Below are positions 1-64,000 of a stretch of 64,000 nucleotides of DNA, in pieces. Source of the DNA: Lingula anatina (Eukaryota; Animalia; Brachiopoda); NCBI GenBank assembly GCA_051362555.1, contig CM120641.1, forward strand, positions 13,330,001 through 13,394,000, in the 5' to 3' direction. The notes below the pieces were generated by a model. That model saw only the letters and a program-made list of their open reading frames with translations, did no database searches and was not told where the DNA came from. Position 1 is the first letter of the stretch, and every line of letters starts with the position of its first letter. The translations under genes were made by a program, and so were the position numbers.

Positions 1-50
1 TTGAAATTAAACCTTGGTCATTGGCAAATGCATGGTTGTTCCGTTTATAG

Positions 51-62355
<62,305 letters not shown>

Positions 62356-62474
62356 AGAGGTCAAGGAAAAAAAAGAATATCAAGGATTTCTGCTCAAGTC
62401 TGAGTTTTTTATGACAATACCATAAAGTAATAACAGTTCTTTTTCATGACTGTACATTGGTGCAACCTTCTTTT

Positions 62475-62480
62475 AATAAA
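62475..62480 (+). promoter_or_regulatory. Candidate polyadenylation signal AATAAA (alternatives at 63109 and 63355)
   Basis: First AATAAA after the stop codon. AT-rich context makes chance occurrence likely. Confidence 0.3.
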
Positions 62481-64000
62481 ATTAGGAAAGCTGGGAGCCA
62501 ATTGAATGCTCAGTGCAAGAGATTCTGCTTATGTTTTTATTTTGAATTATCCAGTAAAATTTGGATATGCCTCTACAGACATCAATGAATTTTGATTGCT
62601 AAACAATATCCTATTTTATAATTAAAATCACAGGGCTTCCAAACAGATTATTAGAAAACAAATTTTCTACTAGGCACATGGTTTTAAAAATCAAACTTAT
62701 TAATTTGAAGATGGATTTAATTTTCCCAAGAATTTCACATTTTTATATAAAAATATCTAAAAATATAATCAATTAGTCTAGTGTTTTTATAAAGCAATAT
62801 TCTCTGTATTTAATCAAGAATTTTATAAAAAATAGTATTACTTTTTGAAAAACTTACTTGTTCTGACTAATAATGTGTATTATATTTGACATGTATGCCA
62901 AAAAATAAGACTAGTATGTCTGTAACTAAGATAAATTTCAACATGTTGTGATATTTTTGTGGTATAATTTTGTCTGTGAAACATATATGATATACATGAA
63001 CAGATACATTTTTCACAGAACAAGTAAGATATGTGTGTAAATCTTTACTTTTTAGCTTCCTTTTGTTACATGCCTGTTTGTTTTCCATGTATTTTAGAGG
63101 TATATTTTAATAAATTTTATAAAGAATTAATCAAAATTGAGGCTTTAAACTTGTAGCTGTAATGCCACTAACATTCCAGGTTAATTTTTTGTGAATTTAG
63201 ACAAGTTCTTTTGTTAAAAATATTGTGATATATAAAGTGTACTTCATATAACAAGTATTTTTTTTACTGAAGTATTATAGCTGCATTATATAATATTTTA
63301 CATTTCTTTTTGGTCTTCATTAATTGATCTTGTTGTAGTAGCATACGATAAATTAATAAAGCTTTACCATTTCCAAATGTGTTTTCTTTTTATTCATAAT
63401 GTTAAAATTGAAGATACCAATCAGTGAAGCTTAAGAATTTCAAAGCTTACATTGGAATGCCAGAGAAGAATTCTATGAACTGTGTTATGTTATAAGGATC
63501 AAAATTATATCAATATAATTCCCTGTAAGGATAAAGTATTTTTTTTCTTCAATCAACAGCTAAATATTGAAATTATTTACCTCCAATATTTTATTGTCTC
63601 TCAGAGCATCTTCATTAGGGAATTAAGCCATCCAGATGAAGATAGTCTCTTTTTAAGGGATACCCTCCCCTCTACTGCCTTTAGAAAGGCATGTATACTG
63701 CTACAACAAAGAGGATGGCACCATAGTTTCTGTTGAGACCAGCCCCTGTCTACTTGACAGTATATTGCATCTCATATAGATTACAAGGACCTGTGTCCTC
63801 ATCTCTTGAAATTACATCACATGTAACCTCAGTTTAAATCCCCTTGATTTTGGGCTCTGTCACTACATGGAAATACATGATCAGTTTATTTGCATAGTTG
63901 TTAAGTTTGTCGCAATGCACCCTTGTCAATTTTTAAAAAAATTAAATGCCAAATTTCTCCAAATTGAAGGAGATATAGGCAAAGTTATTAAAGAAGTTTG

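Noticed and set aside
63482-63760. 84-aa ORF or possible exon of a neighbouring gene
   Set aside because: No recognisable motif or convincing splice-site pair on either strand.

Overview
AT-rich animal genomic DNA, probably a lophotrochozoan such as a mollusc (inferred from the HINE-type repeat and compact introns). Almost the whole window (51-62355, + strand) reads as the 3' part of one giant intron-rich gene whose 5' end lies upstream. I traced about 115 GT-AG exons by eye. Their phases are compatible and they sum to about 23.0 kb, or about 7,670 codons, ending at TAG 62353-62355. The product is a type I membrane mosaic protein. In order: FCGBP/zonadhesin-like VWD-C8-TIL-EGF units (7 VWD in window); 4 x [EGF, beta-defensin-like module, VWA, microexon, EGF]; 2 x [Ig-Ig plus an uncharacterised domain]; a CAP-EGF-EGF-ShK cassette; a furin site; a SVEP1/uninflatable-like core (HYR, sushi, GCC2_GCC3, about 14 EGF, pentraxin-like); a Thr-rich stalk; SEA; TM; and a cytoplasmic tail with NPxY. 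Introns carry several non-autonomous DNA transposons, a 161-bp tandem-repeat Helentron-like element, microsatellites and a degraded antisense coding fragment. Exon boundaries and domain calls are manual and need RNA-seq and HMM confirmation.
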